A stretch of DNA of 22,926 bases, taken from Candidatus Latescibacterota bacterium. GTDB taxonomy: Bacteria > Latescibacterota > UBA2968 > GCA-2709665. The position numbers were made by a program, and so were the translations under genes. The notes beneath the pieces were generated by a model. The model ran no database searches. It saw only the letters and a program-made list of their open reading frames with translations, and was not told the origin of the DNA. Shown piece by piece: positions 8,725 to 17,411 of the stretch. The stretch lies in contig CAXXJS010000022.1 of NCBI GenBank assembly GCA_963662665.2, positions 1-22,926 on the forward strand, written 5' to 3'. How positions within the stretch are numbered: the first letter of the stretch is position 1; each line of letters opens with the position of its first letter.

Positions 8725-10245
8725 ATGGACGTTGAGATGCTGATCACCTGGTTTCAGTCGGCTCTGTTGATTCTCTATAGTGTCACGCTCGGCCTGCTGA
8801 TGGTCTTCAGCCTTCACCGACACGTGATGGTGCGGCTGTACTTCAAAAATCGGCGCAAGCGTCCGTCCCTGCCCGCCCGGTTTGAGGAATTGCCGCGCGT
8901 GACGGTACAGTTGCCGGTTTACAACGAACTATACGTGGTGGAGCGACTGATCCGGGCGGTGGCGGACTTCGACTATCCGAGGGACCGGCTGGAGATTCAG
9001 GTCCTGGATGATTCGACGGACGAGACGACCGACGTAGCAGAGCGTTGCGTGGCGGAGTTGCGGGAGGCCGGACACGATATCGTCTGCCTGCACCGAACGG
9101 AACGAACGGGCTACAAGGCGGGCGCTCTTGCCGAAGGACTGCTGGTTGCAAGCGGTGAATACGTGGCGGTATTCGACGCGGATTTTCTCCCGCCCACAGA
9201 ATTCCTCCGGAAGACGATTCATTATTTCACCGATGGGGGTGTTGGCCTCGTGCAGGCAAGGTGGGACCATCTGAACCGAGATTATTCCCTGTTGACGCAG
9301 GTGCAGGCGATTTTTCTCGACGGTCATTTCATGATGGAACACGGCGCCCGCAGCAGATCGGGCCTGTTTTTCAATTTCAACGGCACGGCCGGAATATGGC
9401 GCCGGCAATGTATCGACGATGCGGGAGGATGGGAGAACGATACCCTTACGGAAGATCTGGATCTGAGCTATCGGGCGCAGTTGGCAGGTTGGCGCTTTCT
9501 GTTTCTGGACGACCTGGCCGCGCCCGCCGAATTGCCCGTGGAGATGAACGCCTGGAAGACCCAGCAGTTCCGGTGGTCCAAGGGTTCTGCGCAGACGGCG
9601 CGCAAACTGGTGGGGCGGGTCCTGCGCGCCAGCTTGCCATGGCGTGTGAAGGTCGAGGCGCTGATCCATCTGAACGGGAATTTCGCTTATTTATTGATGG
9701 CCCTGCTGGCGGCGCTGATCTTCCCTGCCGTGCTCGCCCGCCTGGATCTGGGCTGGTTTCGCGTTGTGTTTGTGGATCTGCCGTTGTTTGTCTCGGCGAC
9801 GGGGGCGGTTTCCCGGTTCTATATCTACTCCCAGAAGGAACTCTATAAGGACTGGAGGAGTCGAATCAAGTACATGCCCTGCGTGCTTGCAGCCGGTATG
9901 GGCATATCGTTCAACAATGCCCGGGCGGTACTCGAGGCGCTGGTCGGCCACCAGACAGAGTTTCGGCGAACGCCGAAATACCAGGTTGTGGACCGCCGGG
10001 ATACGTGGCGGGACAAGCGATATGCCGTACACAAAAACGTGCTGTCGGTACTGGAACTCGGTGTCGGGTTGTATTTTCTGTGGGTGATCGGATTCGCGAT
10101 TTCCAACGGGATATACTTTCCGATTCCGTTTATCGCCCTGTTCAGCCTCGGGTTTTTCTACGTTGGTTGGATGTCTCTGTTTCAGGGGCGTTTTCAAAAA
10201 TTGCGGGCGGCTTTCTCGAGAGAGGAAGCGCGTGCGGCGGATTGA
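8725..10245 (+). CDS. processive family 2 glycosyltransferase, cellulose-synthase-like (CslA/CslC-type)
   Basis: GGAGG RBS then ATG 8725. QLPVYNE, QVLDDSTD, GYKAG, FDADF, FNGTAG, TEDLDL, QQFRW (D,D,D,QxxRW). One N-terminal and several C-terminal hydrophobic helices. No PilZ domain. Confidence 0.92.
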   Translation: MDVEMLITWFQSALLILYSVTLGLLMVFSLHRHVMVRLYFKNRRKRPSLPARFEELPRVTVQLPVYNELYVVERLIRAVADFDYPRDRLEIQVLDDSTDETTDVAERCVAELREAGHDIVCLHRTERTGYKAGALAEGLLVASGEYVAVFDADFLPPTEFLRKTIHYFTDGGVGLVQARWDHLNRDYSLLTQVQAIFLDGHFMMEHGARSRSGLFFNFNGTAGIWRRQCIDDAGGWENDTLTEDLDLSYRAQLAGWRFLFLDDLAAPAELPVEMNAWKTQQFRWSKGSAQTARKLVGRVLRASLPWRVKVEALIHLNGNFAYLLMALLAALIFPAVLARLDLGWFRVVFVDLPLFVSATGAVSRFYIYSQKELYKDWRSRIKYMPCVLAAGMGISFNNARAVLEALVGHQTEFRRTPKYQVVDRRDTWRDKRYAVHKNVLSVLELGVGLYFLWVIGFAISNGIYFPIPFIALFSLGFFYVGWMSLFQGRFQKLRAAFSREEARAAD

Positions 10246-10305
10246 GGTCGCCGACCCGAGACACGCCTGACAGGACTCCCGCCCTTACCCTGAGAATCGG
10301 ATTTC

Positions 10306-10343
10306 GGGCCCGGCAAGGCTGCTACCGCCGGGCCCTTGTTTTT
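10306..10343 (+). terminator. rho-independent terminator after the GT2 gene
   Basis: 9-bp stem GGGCCCGGC (10306-10314) / GCCGGGCCC (10327-10335) followed by TTGTTTTT. Confidence 0.65.
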
Positions 10344-10513
10344 GCCTTGCCGACGTCTGAAAGCGGCGGGCAGCCGGCGTACAACCGGCGAAGCCGGAAT
10401 TTCAGTCGCCCGCCGCTTTTGTCAGGCCCGCCATGTGGATCGTTCGGGGCTTTGTTCTTGTGTATCCCCCGTGTTCCACTATATTTATTGCACGCTGAAC
10501 ACCCTGTAACCAC

Positions 10514-11422
10514 GTGAAATTCTCTATGGTGGCGCGCATCGGACGCTTATTCGCCAATCGCTATACCCTCGCGTACGGGACGGCCCTGGTCGTGCATCTG
10601 CTGTTCTTTGTCTTCTACGTGCCTATTCTGAGCCTTGTACCCGAACCGCGGAACGTCGTGCCGTCCCGGGAGTCCAGGCCAATGTCTTTCGAATTTGTCG
10701 AGTTACCCCGGCCGGCGGCCGATGAAACGCCGCCGGAAGCCACAACGCTGCGGTCAGACCGGGTCTCGAGGGCGAAGGATCGCCATGAGGCGTCTCTACC
10801 CGAATCGCATCTGCCTTTCTCCGAGGGCCTGGTGCGATCCCCCGCGCAGCCCCGGCCCGAGGTCGGACAACAGGGCGACGGGGGTGAGCGCGGTCAGGCC
10901 GAGGCCAGGACGGAAGTTGATCGGAACAGACTCGCCGACCCGGCAAACGAGGTGGTTTCGACGGATTTCCCGTCGATGTTGAAGCAGCGAAAAACGTGGA
11001 CACCTACGCAACCCAAAAGCACGTTGTTCGGACGTCCGGACGCGCCTGGTGTCCTGCCGATGAAAAACCTGAAGAGTCACGCCCTCGAACAGGGCGGTTT
11101 GCAGTTGAGTACGTATGACTGGGAATTCGCGCCGTATCTGGCATATCTCAAACGCCACATTGGAGATCATATTCATCCGCCGGCTGCGTTTACGCAACTG
11201 GGGCTAATCCAGGGCCGGACACGGTTGAAGTTCAGAATTTTGCCGGACGGCACCCTGGCGGACCTCGACGTCATCGACTTCAACGGCAGCCCGTACCTGC
11301 GGGATACCAGCACGCGCGCGGTAGAATTGTCGGCCGACTTCAAACCTCTGCCCGTGCACTTTCCGGAAGACTATCTGGAAATTACCGCCTTGTTCAACTA
11401 TCTGCTACTGGATTCGAACTAA
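10514..11422 (+). CDS. TonB/TolA-like energy transducer (TonB C-terminal domain protein)
   Basis: N-terminal anchor with His (ALVVHLLFF), Pro/charged linker, C-terminal domain (FAPYLAYLKRHI..HPP, LKFRILPDGTL, DFKPLP). Lies directly upstream of exbB/exbD. Start codon uncertain (GTG 10514 or ATG 10526). Confidence 0.8.
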   Translation: MKFSMVARIGRLFANRYTLAYGTALVVHLLFFVFYVPILSLVPEPRNVVPSRESRPMSFEFVELPRPAADETPPEATTLRSDRVSRAKDRHEASLPESHLPFSEGLVRSPAQPRPEVGQQGDGGERGQAEARTEVDRNRLADPANEVVSTDFPSMLKQRKTWTPTQPKSTLFGRPDAPGVLPMKNLKSHALEQGGLQLSTYDWEFAPYLAYLKRHIGDHIHPPAAFTQLGLIQGRTRLKFRILPDGTLADLDVIDFNGSPYLRDTSTRAVELSADFKPLPVHFPEDYLEITALFNYLLLDSN

Positions 11423-11437
11423 CACGGGAGCCGCCGC

Positions 11438-12064
11438 ATGGGATGGGAGCTGTTCGTGCAGGGGGGGCTGATGATGTATCCCCTTTCTCTTTGTTCAATC
11501 CTTACGCTCGCCATTTCCCTGGAGCGGGGGTTCAGTCTGCGGCGCCACAGGATCATTCGAGGAGAAATTGTCAGTGTAATAGAGAACATAAGTGGTCCGG
11601 CGGACATCGGCCTGGCCGTGTCGGTTTGCAACCAGCACGAAGGACCGTTCGCGAAGGTTGTTCGCGCGGGTCTCGACAACCGGCACCTGCCGCCCGATGA
11701 GATTAAGGAAAGCATTGTGGATCAGGGCCGCCAGGAAATGGGGAAGTTGCAGAAGGGGATCGTCGTTCTGGAAACCGTTGCCAGCGTGTCACCTTTGCTG
11801 GGGCTGCTGGGTACGGTTCTGGGGATGATCAAGGTATTTCGTGAGATTTCGGAAGTGGGCGTGGGTCAGGGCAACCTGCTCGCGGGCGGCATCGCTGAAG
11901 CAATCCTGACAACCGGCGCGGGGCTGTTTATTGCGATTCCGTCGCTGGTTTTTTTCAATTATTTCAGCAGCAAGGCGGAAAGCCTGGTGCTTGAGATCGA
12001 GAAATATTCCAATGCGCTTCTTAAAAAGCTACGGGGTTTCCAGTCCGATAAATCTCTAGGCTAG
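11438..12064 (+). CDS. exbB: MotA/TolQ/ExbB proton channel protein
   Basis: GGLMMYPL, LETVASVSPLLGLLGTVLGMI, LAGGIAEAILTTGAGLFIAIPS. Confidence 0.93.
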   Translation: MGWELFVQGGLMMYPLSLCSILTLAISLERGFSLRRHRIIRGEIVSVIENISGPADIGLAVSVCNQHEGPFAKVVRAGLDNRHLPPDEIKESIVDQGRQEMGKLQKGIVVLETVASVSPLLGLLGTVLGMIKVFREISEVGVGQGNLLAGGIAEAILTTGAGLFIAIPSLVFFNYFSSKAESLVLEIEKYSNALLKKLRGFQSDKSLG

Positions 12065-12143
12065 AAAGTCATTCTGCAGGCGAGCCCGGGTCATTCGGCC
12101 AAAAGTGCCGGACGCAGCCCGGATGGGCTTTTTCAACGGGCTG
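12061..12143. repeat. MITE-like intergenic element, copy 2
   Basis: 12073-12084 is identical to 3004-3015 (12 nt) and 12107-12143 is identical to 3017-3053 (37 nt). Between these blocks copy 2 has 22 nt where copy 1 has 1 nt. Left inverted repeat is degraded or absent. Confidence 0.8.
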
Positions 12144-12158
12144 CTGGAGGACGGTGGG

Positions 12159-12572
12159 ATGCAGTTGTATCAGAAGCCGAAGCGGCGGCCGTACATCAAT
12201 ATCACGTCATTGATCGACGTTTTGTTTCTGCTGCTTACGTTTTTCCTTGTGACCACGTCATTCATCGAGCAGTCCGCACTCAAGGTGGAACTGCCGTCGA
12301 TGGAACACGCGGACAAGGTTCAGCAGCCGAAGCGCTTCGTACTGGACGTGGCTCCCGACGGTGAGATACGCTATGACGGCGAGCCCGTCGAGCTGGCGGC
12401 GCTGGGCGTCCGGTTGCAGTCGGCTTCGAATGAAATCAACGACGCCGGCGGCCTTGTTCTGCGGGCCGACCGGAACCTTCCTCATGGCGAGGTGATGGGC
12501 GTTCTGGATATTATACGAGGCGCCGGTATCAGGCGTTTCGTCATTGCAACCGTTGCTTCCGGCCCCGGGTGA
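12159..12572 (+). CDS. exbD: ExbD/TolR biopolymer transport protein
   Basis: GGAGG RBS then ATG 12159. INITSLIDVLFLLLTFFLVT with the conserved membrane Asp, and LVLRADRNLPHGEVMGVLDIIRGAGI. Confidence 0.93.
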   Translation: MQLYQKPKRRPYINITSLIDVLFLLLTFFLVTTSFIEQSALKVELPSMEHADKVQQPKRFVLDVAPDGEIRYDGEPVELAALGVRLQSASNEINDAGGLVLRADRNLPHGEVMGVLDIIRGAGIRRFVIATVASGPG

Positions 12573-12795
12573 AATTCTGCCACTCCGGCATACCGGTATT
12601 CGGCGTCAATTTGCGCCGCGGGTGCATTTTGCGATGATCGGTATCGGTCATACCTTAACGCGCTCGTCCGTGCCTTGGATTACCGGTTACCCCGCCGGGC
12701 GGAGCGTGGACAAAATAACCATGAATCCTGTTTTAATTTTGTGTACATTGTAAGTAAACAATTACTCACTCCGACAAGGTTCCGCAGGGGGATGC

Positions 12796-14133
12796 ATGTT
12801 CAGACTTCAACGGTTCGTCGTCATTTGCACTATTGCGGTGCTATGGGGTTGCGGGGAGGGCGAAAGAGGAGCGGGCCGTCGCGGCGAACGGCGCATGGGC
12901 GCGGCGGTGCCGGTAAGGGTTGAGGCGGTGAAGCGCCGCGACATTTCAAGGTATATTATGGCGAATGAAAAGCTGGAGGCATTTCAGTGGGTCGACGTGC
13001 GTTCCAGGGCATCCGGGCAGGTCGTGGCGATTCTGAAGGAAGAGGGCGACGCAGTCGCTGAGGGCACGGTGCTGGCACGGCTGGATTCTGCGGCGGCGAT
13101 TTTGCAGGTTCAACGAATGGAAGCGGCCTACCACGACGCGCGTCGTGTCTTCGAGCGAGACGAAAAACTGTTCAAGCGGGACCTGTTGAGCAAAGAGAGG
13201 TATGAGAATTCAAAGGGGCAGATGGACCGTGCGCACACCGAGTTGGAACAGGCGAGACTGAATCTGAGCTATACAACCATCGCTTCGCCACTGCAGGGCA
13301 CGCTCACGGTTCGAAGCGTCGAGATAGGAAATATCGTTACCGCCAATCAGGCGTTGTTCTCGGTGGCGGACTTCGACCCGCTGCTTGCGCGGATCCGGAT
13401 TCCGGAAAAGAACATGGGAAAAGTGGCGATCGGGCAGGGCGCGAACGTTACGGTGGAGTCCGCTCCGGGTCGGGTGTTTCGCGGTGTCGTGAAGATGATC
13501 AGCCCGGTGGTGGATCCGGAAAGCGGCACGATCAAAGTCACCGTCCGGATTCCAGGAGGCGGAAACGGAATCCTCCGGCCTGGCATGTTCGCATCGGTCC
13601 ACATCGTTACCGAGGTACACCGGAACACGCCGGTGATTCCCAAAAGGGCGCTCGTCCTGGAGGGGGAAGGCAATCAGGTTTTCGTATATGAACAGGATGG
13701 CGAACGCGGCGTGGGAAAGGCGGTTCGCCGGAAGGTCGACATAGGGTTCGACGACAACGAACACCTTGAGATTCTGAGCGGTCTGTCGGACGGAGAGCAG
13801 GTCATTACGGTAGGTCACGGAGGCCTGCGCCCGGGGGCGGCCGTGCGCCTTGTGGGTGAGGGGGTTGCTGAAGAATCGGCGGCAGCCGGGCAGAGGGGCG
13901 GGTTCGCAGGGCCCGGCGGCCAGGGCGGGGGTCAAGGTGAAGGTGGCGATAACGGTCAGCTCAAGGCAATGAAGGAACGGATGTTCGCGCGGTTTCCCGA
14001 TCTGAAGAAGGCATATGACGCGCGTGTAAAAAAAGAACCCGATCTCGCGACCAGCAGTGAAAAGTGGCGCGCATTCATGGGTGAAATGCGCCGGAAGGGA
14101 ATTCTGCCGGCCGGAGGCGGGAGACCCCGATGA
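12796..14133 (+). CDS. RND efflux periplasmic adaptor (MFP), lipoprotein
   Basis: Lipobox VLWGC, lipoyl halves (SGQVVAILKEEGDAV; TIASPLQG), alpha-hairpin, ISPVVDPESGT, LRPGMFA, EILSGLSDGEQVIT. Confidence 0.93.
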   Translation: MFRLQRFVVICTIAVLWGCGEGERGAGRRGERRMGAAVPVRVEAVKRRDISRYIMANEKLEAFQWVDVRSRASGQVVAILKEEGDAVAEGTVLARLDSAAAILQVQRMEAAYHDARRVFERDEKLFKRDLLSKERYENSKGQMDRAHTELEQARLNLSYTTIASPLQGTLTVRSVEIGNIVTANQALFSVADFDPLLARIRIPEKNMGKVAIGQGANVTVESAPGRVFRGVVKMISPVVDPESGTIKVTVRIPGGGNGILRPGMFASVHIVTEVHRNTPVIPKRALVLEGEGNQVFVYEQDGERGVGKAVRRKVDIGFDDNEHLEILSGLSDGEQVITVGHGGLRPGAAVRLVGEGVAEESAAAGQRGGFAGPGGQGGGQGEGGDNGQLKAMKERMFARFPDLKKAYDARVKKEPDLATSSEKWRAFMGEMRRKGILPAGGGRPR

Positions 14134-17100
14134 AGCTGATTGCGTTTTCAACCCGCCGTCGTGTCACGGTTACCATGTTTGTCGTTGCGGCCGTGATTTT
14201 CGGTCTGGTTGCGTTCCGGCGGCTTGCCATCAATCTGCTTCCCGACATCACGTATCCCACACTGACTGTACGGACCGAATACGAAGGCACGGCGCCGTCG
14301 GAATTGGAACGCCTCGTAACGGAACCCGTGGAGAGTGCGGTCGGGGTGGTGACAAATGTAGTCCGGGTGGGTTCCACGTCGCGGCCGGGTGTGTCCGAGG
14401 TGGTGGTGGAGTTCTCCTGGGGCACGGATATGGACTTCGCGTCTCTCGACGTCAGAGAGAAACTGGACCGGTTGCAGCTTCCGCAGGGGGCGGAAAAACC
14501 GGTCCTGCTGCGTTTTGACCCTTCTCTGGATCCAATTATGCGGATCGGGCTCTACGGACAGGAGAGCCTGGTCGCCCTTCGTCTCCTTGCCGAAGAACAT
14601 CTCAAGCTGGATCTGGAAAGCCTCGAGGGGGTCGCCGCGGCGCGCGTAAACGGAGGGCTCGAAGAGGAAATACATATAGAACTGGATGAACCCCGGCTGG
14701 CGTCGCTGCGCATCCCGGTACAACAGGTTGTGGGACGCTTGGGACAGGAGAATGTGAATTTGACCGGAGGGCAACTCAAGGATGGCGAAGCCGAGTACGT
14801 GGTGCGCACCGTCAATGAGTTTCGTTCGGTACAGGAGATTCAGGACATCGTCGTTGGGGAACGGCAGGGCGCGGCGATCGTCCTCTCCGACGTGGGTCGC
14901 GTCTTTCGGGGACACAAAGAACGGCAGGTGATTAACCGGATCAACGGTCGGGAGAGCGTGGAACTGGCCATCTTCAAGGAGGGCGATGCCAACACGGTAA
15001 CCGTCGCCGACCGTGTCACCGGGGCGTTGCGTCGTTTTCAGCGAGAGACCGGCGCGTTGCCGGGCGGCGCGCGGATAGAGGTTATATTCAGCCAGGCGAC
15101 GTTTATCAGGGCGTCGGTGGCGGAGGTGCTCAACACGGCGATCATGGGGGGCGTGCTGGCCGTGGTGGTGCTGTATCTGTTCCTGCGCAACCCCCGGAGT
15201 ACCGCGATCATCAGCCTATCCATTCCGATTTCCGTAGTATCCACCTTCCTGCTGATGTTCAGTTCGGACGTCAGCCTGAATATCATGTCCCTCGGCGGGC
15301 TTGCGCTTGGCATCGGGATGCTGGTGGACAACTCCATCGTCGTTCTGGAAAGCGTTCAGCGTTACCGCGAAGAGGGTTTGTCGTCGCTGGAAGCGACGGT
15401 GACAGGGGCCAGCGAAGTGGGGAAAGCGGTGGTGGCTTCCACCCTGACCACAATCTGTGTATTTGTGCCCATCGTGTTCGTTGAAGGGATCGCCGGTCAG
15501 TTGTTCCGGGACCAGGCGTTGACCGTAACGTTCTCACTGGTGGCTTCCCTGCTGGTTGCGCTGACCCTGATTCCAATGCTGGCGTCCATTGACTTCGGGC
15601 GCGGGCTCGGGGTGGCCGGTGCGGTGCGTTTGCGGCCGCATTCTTCACCGGGTCTTGCAAAGGGGATCGGCGTCATCCTGCACGCCGGGCGGACACTGGG
15701 CAAAGGGGTGGCCGCCCTCCTTTACCCGGTTTTCTGGGTCTTCGAACGAATAATGGGCGGCACGTATCGATTCTATCCGCGGGTGATCGGCTGGGCGTTG
15801 CGTCATCGCGCCGCCGTGCTTCTTGTCGCGTTTGCGCTTGCGGGGGTGTCCGGGTTGCTAGTCGGTTTCCTGGGAAGTGAGTTGATACCGGAGATGAGCC
15901 AGGGCGAATTCAATATCTCAGTGACGATGCCGGTGGGTACGCCGCTCGTCGCCACGGAACGTACAATCCGGGGTATGGAACGGATCGTTCAGGCACAGCC
16001 CGAGGTGGAGCTTGTTTATAGTACCGTCGGCTTGAGCGGGTCATCGGACGGGTCGGCGGGTGAGGAGCGAGAAAACGTCGGCCAGATTCAGGTAGCGCTC
16101 AAAGAGGGTATCATTCGGGCCAGGGAAGACGCCGTAATGGACCGATTGAGGCAGGAGTTTCGAGGCATGCCAGCAGCGGATTGCAAATTCGCCCGCCCCT
16201 CGTTCTTTACGTCCAGAACCCCCGTCGAGGTCGAGATATCGGGATATAATCTGAGTACCCTGAGGACGTTGTCCGACGATCTTGCACACAGACTCGAGGA
16301 CGTGTCGGGGCTTGTCGACGTGAAGACAAGCGCCGAGGGCGGCAATCCCGAGGTGCAGATCCGCTTCAATCGGAAGTGGGTCGCGCAGATGGGGACGAAC
16401 ATCAGCGAAATCGGAAGGCTCATAAGAACCAAGATCCAGGGTGAGGTGGCTACCGAATTTGCTCGGGGCGACCGGAAGGTGGATATTCGCGTGCGTGCGG
16501 ATGAGCAGCACCGGAGCACGGTGGAGGATCTCAAACGCCTCATTGTGAGCCCCGTCGGCGCTTCGGCGCCAATCCCCCTCGACGTCGTTGCCGACCTGTC
16601 CGTTGAGATGGGTCCCGCCGAGATCCTGCGCGTGGACCAGGAACGAGTCGCGGTGGTTTCCGCGAACCTTGAAGGGCGCAGCCTGAGCGAGGTCGTGGAC
16701 GATATTGAGTCCGTTATACGGGACATAGACTATCCCCCCGACTATCATGTCAAGATAGGCGGTCAGAACGAAGAGCGCATGCGTTCGTTCGAGAGTATGC
16801 AGCTGGCCATTCTCCTGGCCGTCTTCCTGGTCTACCTGGTCATGGCTTCCCAGTTCGAATCGTTGATCCATCCCTTTGTAATCATGTTTTCAATTCCATT
16901 CGGCCTGGTCGGCGTGGTCTGGATGCTATTGGTTACCGGTCAGACGGTGAGCGTGGTGGTGTTGATCGGGCTGATTATGCTGGCGGGCATCGTCGTGAAC
17001 AATGCGATTGTGCTGATCGACTACATCAACGCCCTGCGTCGGGAGCGGGGAATGGGAAAACTGGAGGCTATAGAACGGGCATGCCTTGTAAGGCTGCGTC

Positions 17101-17390
17101 CGATTCTGATGACCACGTCAACCACCGTGCTGGGGTTGTTGCCAATGGCCCTGGGAATCTTCGATTTCAGGCCCTTTGTCGCAAATATCGAATCAGGCCT
17201 TACAAATGTAATGCCGGGTGGCGCCCTTCCGTACATAATAGGGGCCCTGAACGTCGTCTTCCCGTTGGGGCAGGGCGCCGAAATTCGTGCACCTATGGCC
17301 ATTACCGTAATCGGTGGCCTTGTGATTTCAACACTGGTGACTCTGGTATTGATTCCCACGCTCTACTCGCTGGTCGACCGGAAAGAATAG
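14130..17390 (+). CDS. RND efflux permease (AcrB/AcrD/AcrF family)
   Basis: ATGA overlap with the MFP. LLPDITYP, GMLVDNSIVVLE, STLTTICVFVP, GQLF, ASQFES, GIVVNNAIVLID, RLRPILMT. 1086 aa. Confidence 0.95.
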   Translation: MKLIAFSTRRRVTVTMFVVAAVIFGLVAFRRLAINLLPDITYPTLTVRTEYEGTAPSELERLVTEPVESAVGVVTNVVRVGSTSRPGVSEVVVEFSWGTDMDFASLDVREKLDRLQLPQGAEKPVLLRFDPSLDPIMRIGLYGQESLVALRLLAEEHLKLDLESLEGVAAARVNGGLEEEIHIELDEPRLASLRIPVQQVVGRLGQENVNLTGGQLKDGEAEYVVRTVNEFRSVQEIQDIVVGERQGAAIVLSDVGRVFRGHKERQVINRINGRESVELAIFKEGDANTVTVADRVTGALRRFQRETGALPGGARIEVIFSQATFIRASVAEVLNTAIMGGVLAVVVLYLFLRNPRSTAIISLSIPISVVSTFLLMFSSDVSLNIMSLGGLALGIGMLVDNSIVVLESVQRYREEGLSSLEATVTGASEVGKAVVASTLTTICVFVPIVFVEGIAGQLFRDQALTVTFSLVASLLVALTLIPMLASIDFGRGLGVAGAVRLRPHSSPGLAKGIGVILHAGRTLGKGVAALLYPVFWVFERIMGGTYRFYPRVIGWALRHRAAVLLVAFALAGVSGLLVGFLGSELIPEMSQGEFNISVTMPVGTPLVATERTIRGMERIVQAQPEVELVYSTVGLSGSSDGSAGEERENVGQIQVALKEGIIRAREDAVMDRLRQEFRGMPAADCKFARPSFFTSRTPVEVEISGYNLSTLRTLSDDLAHRLEDVSGLVDVKTSAEGGNPEVQIRFNRKWVAQMGTNISEIGRLIRTKIQGEVATEFARGDRKVDIRVRADEQHRSTVEDLKRLIVSPVGASAPIPLDVVADLSVEMGPAEILRVDQERVAVVSANLEGRSLSEVVDDIESVIRDIDYPPDYHVKIGGQNEERMRSFESMQLAILLAVFLVYLVMASQFESLIHPFVIMFSIPFGLVGVVWMLLVTGQTVSVVVLIGLIMLAGIVVNNAIVLIDYINALRRERGMGKLEAIERACLVRLRPILMTTSTTVLGLLPMALGIFDFRPFVANIESGLTNVMPGGALPYIIGALNVVFPLGQGAEIRAPMAITVIGGLVISTLVTLVLIPTLYSLVDRKE

Positions 17391-17411
17391 GCCCGGAGAC
17401 GGGGAGAGGCT

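Noticed and set aside
8725-10245. Calling the GT2 gene bcsA
   Set aside because: No PilZ domain, QQFRW rather than QRxRW, and no bcsB, bcsZ or bcsC nearby.
3017-12143. 37-nt identical repeat read as a CRISPR repeat or as att sites
   Set aside because: Copies are 9 kb apart with no spacer array, cas genes or integrase, and the second copy lies inside the exbB-exbD operon.
12105-12158. N-terminal extension of ExbD (MPDAARMGFFNGLL)
   Set aside because: It is a translation of the repeat; the real RBS and ATG are at 12146-12161.
12585-12603. Palindrome ATACCGGTAT after exbD as a terminator
   Set aside because: Short, poorly extended stem with no U-tract.
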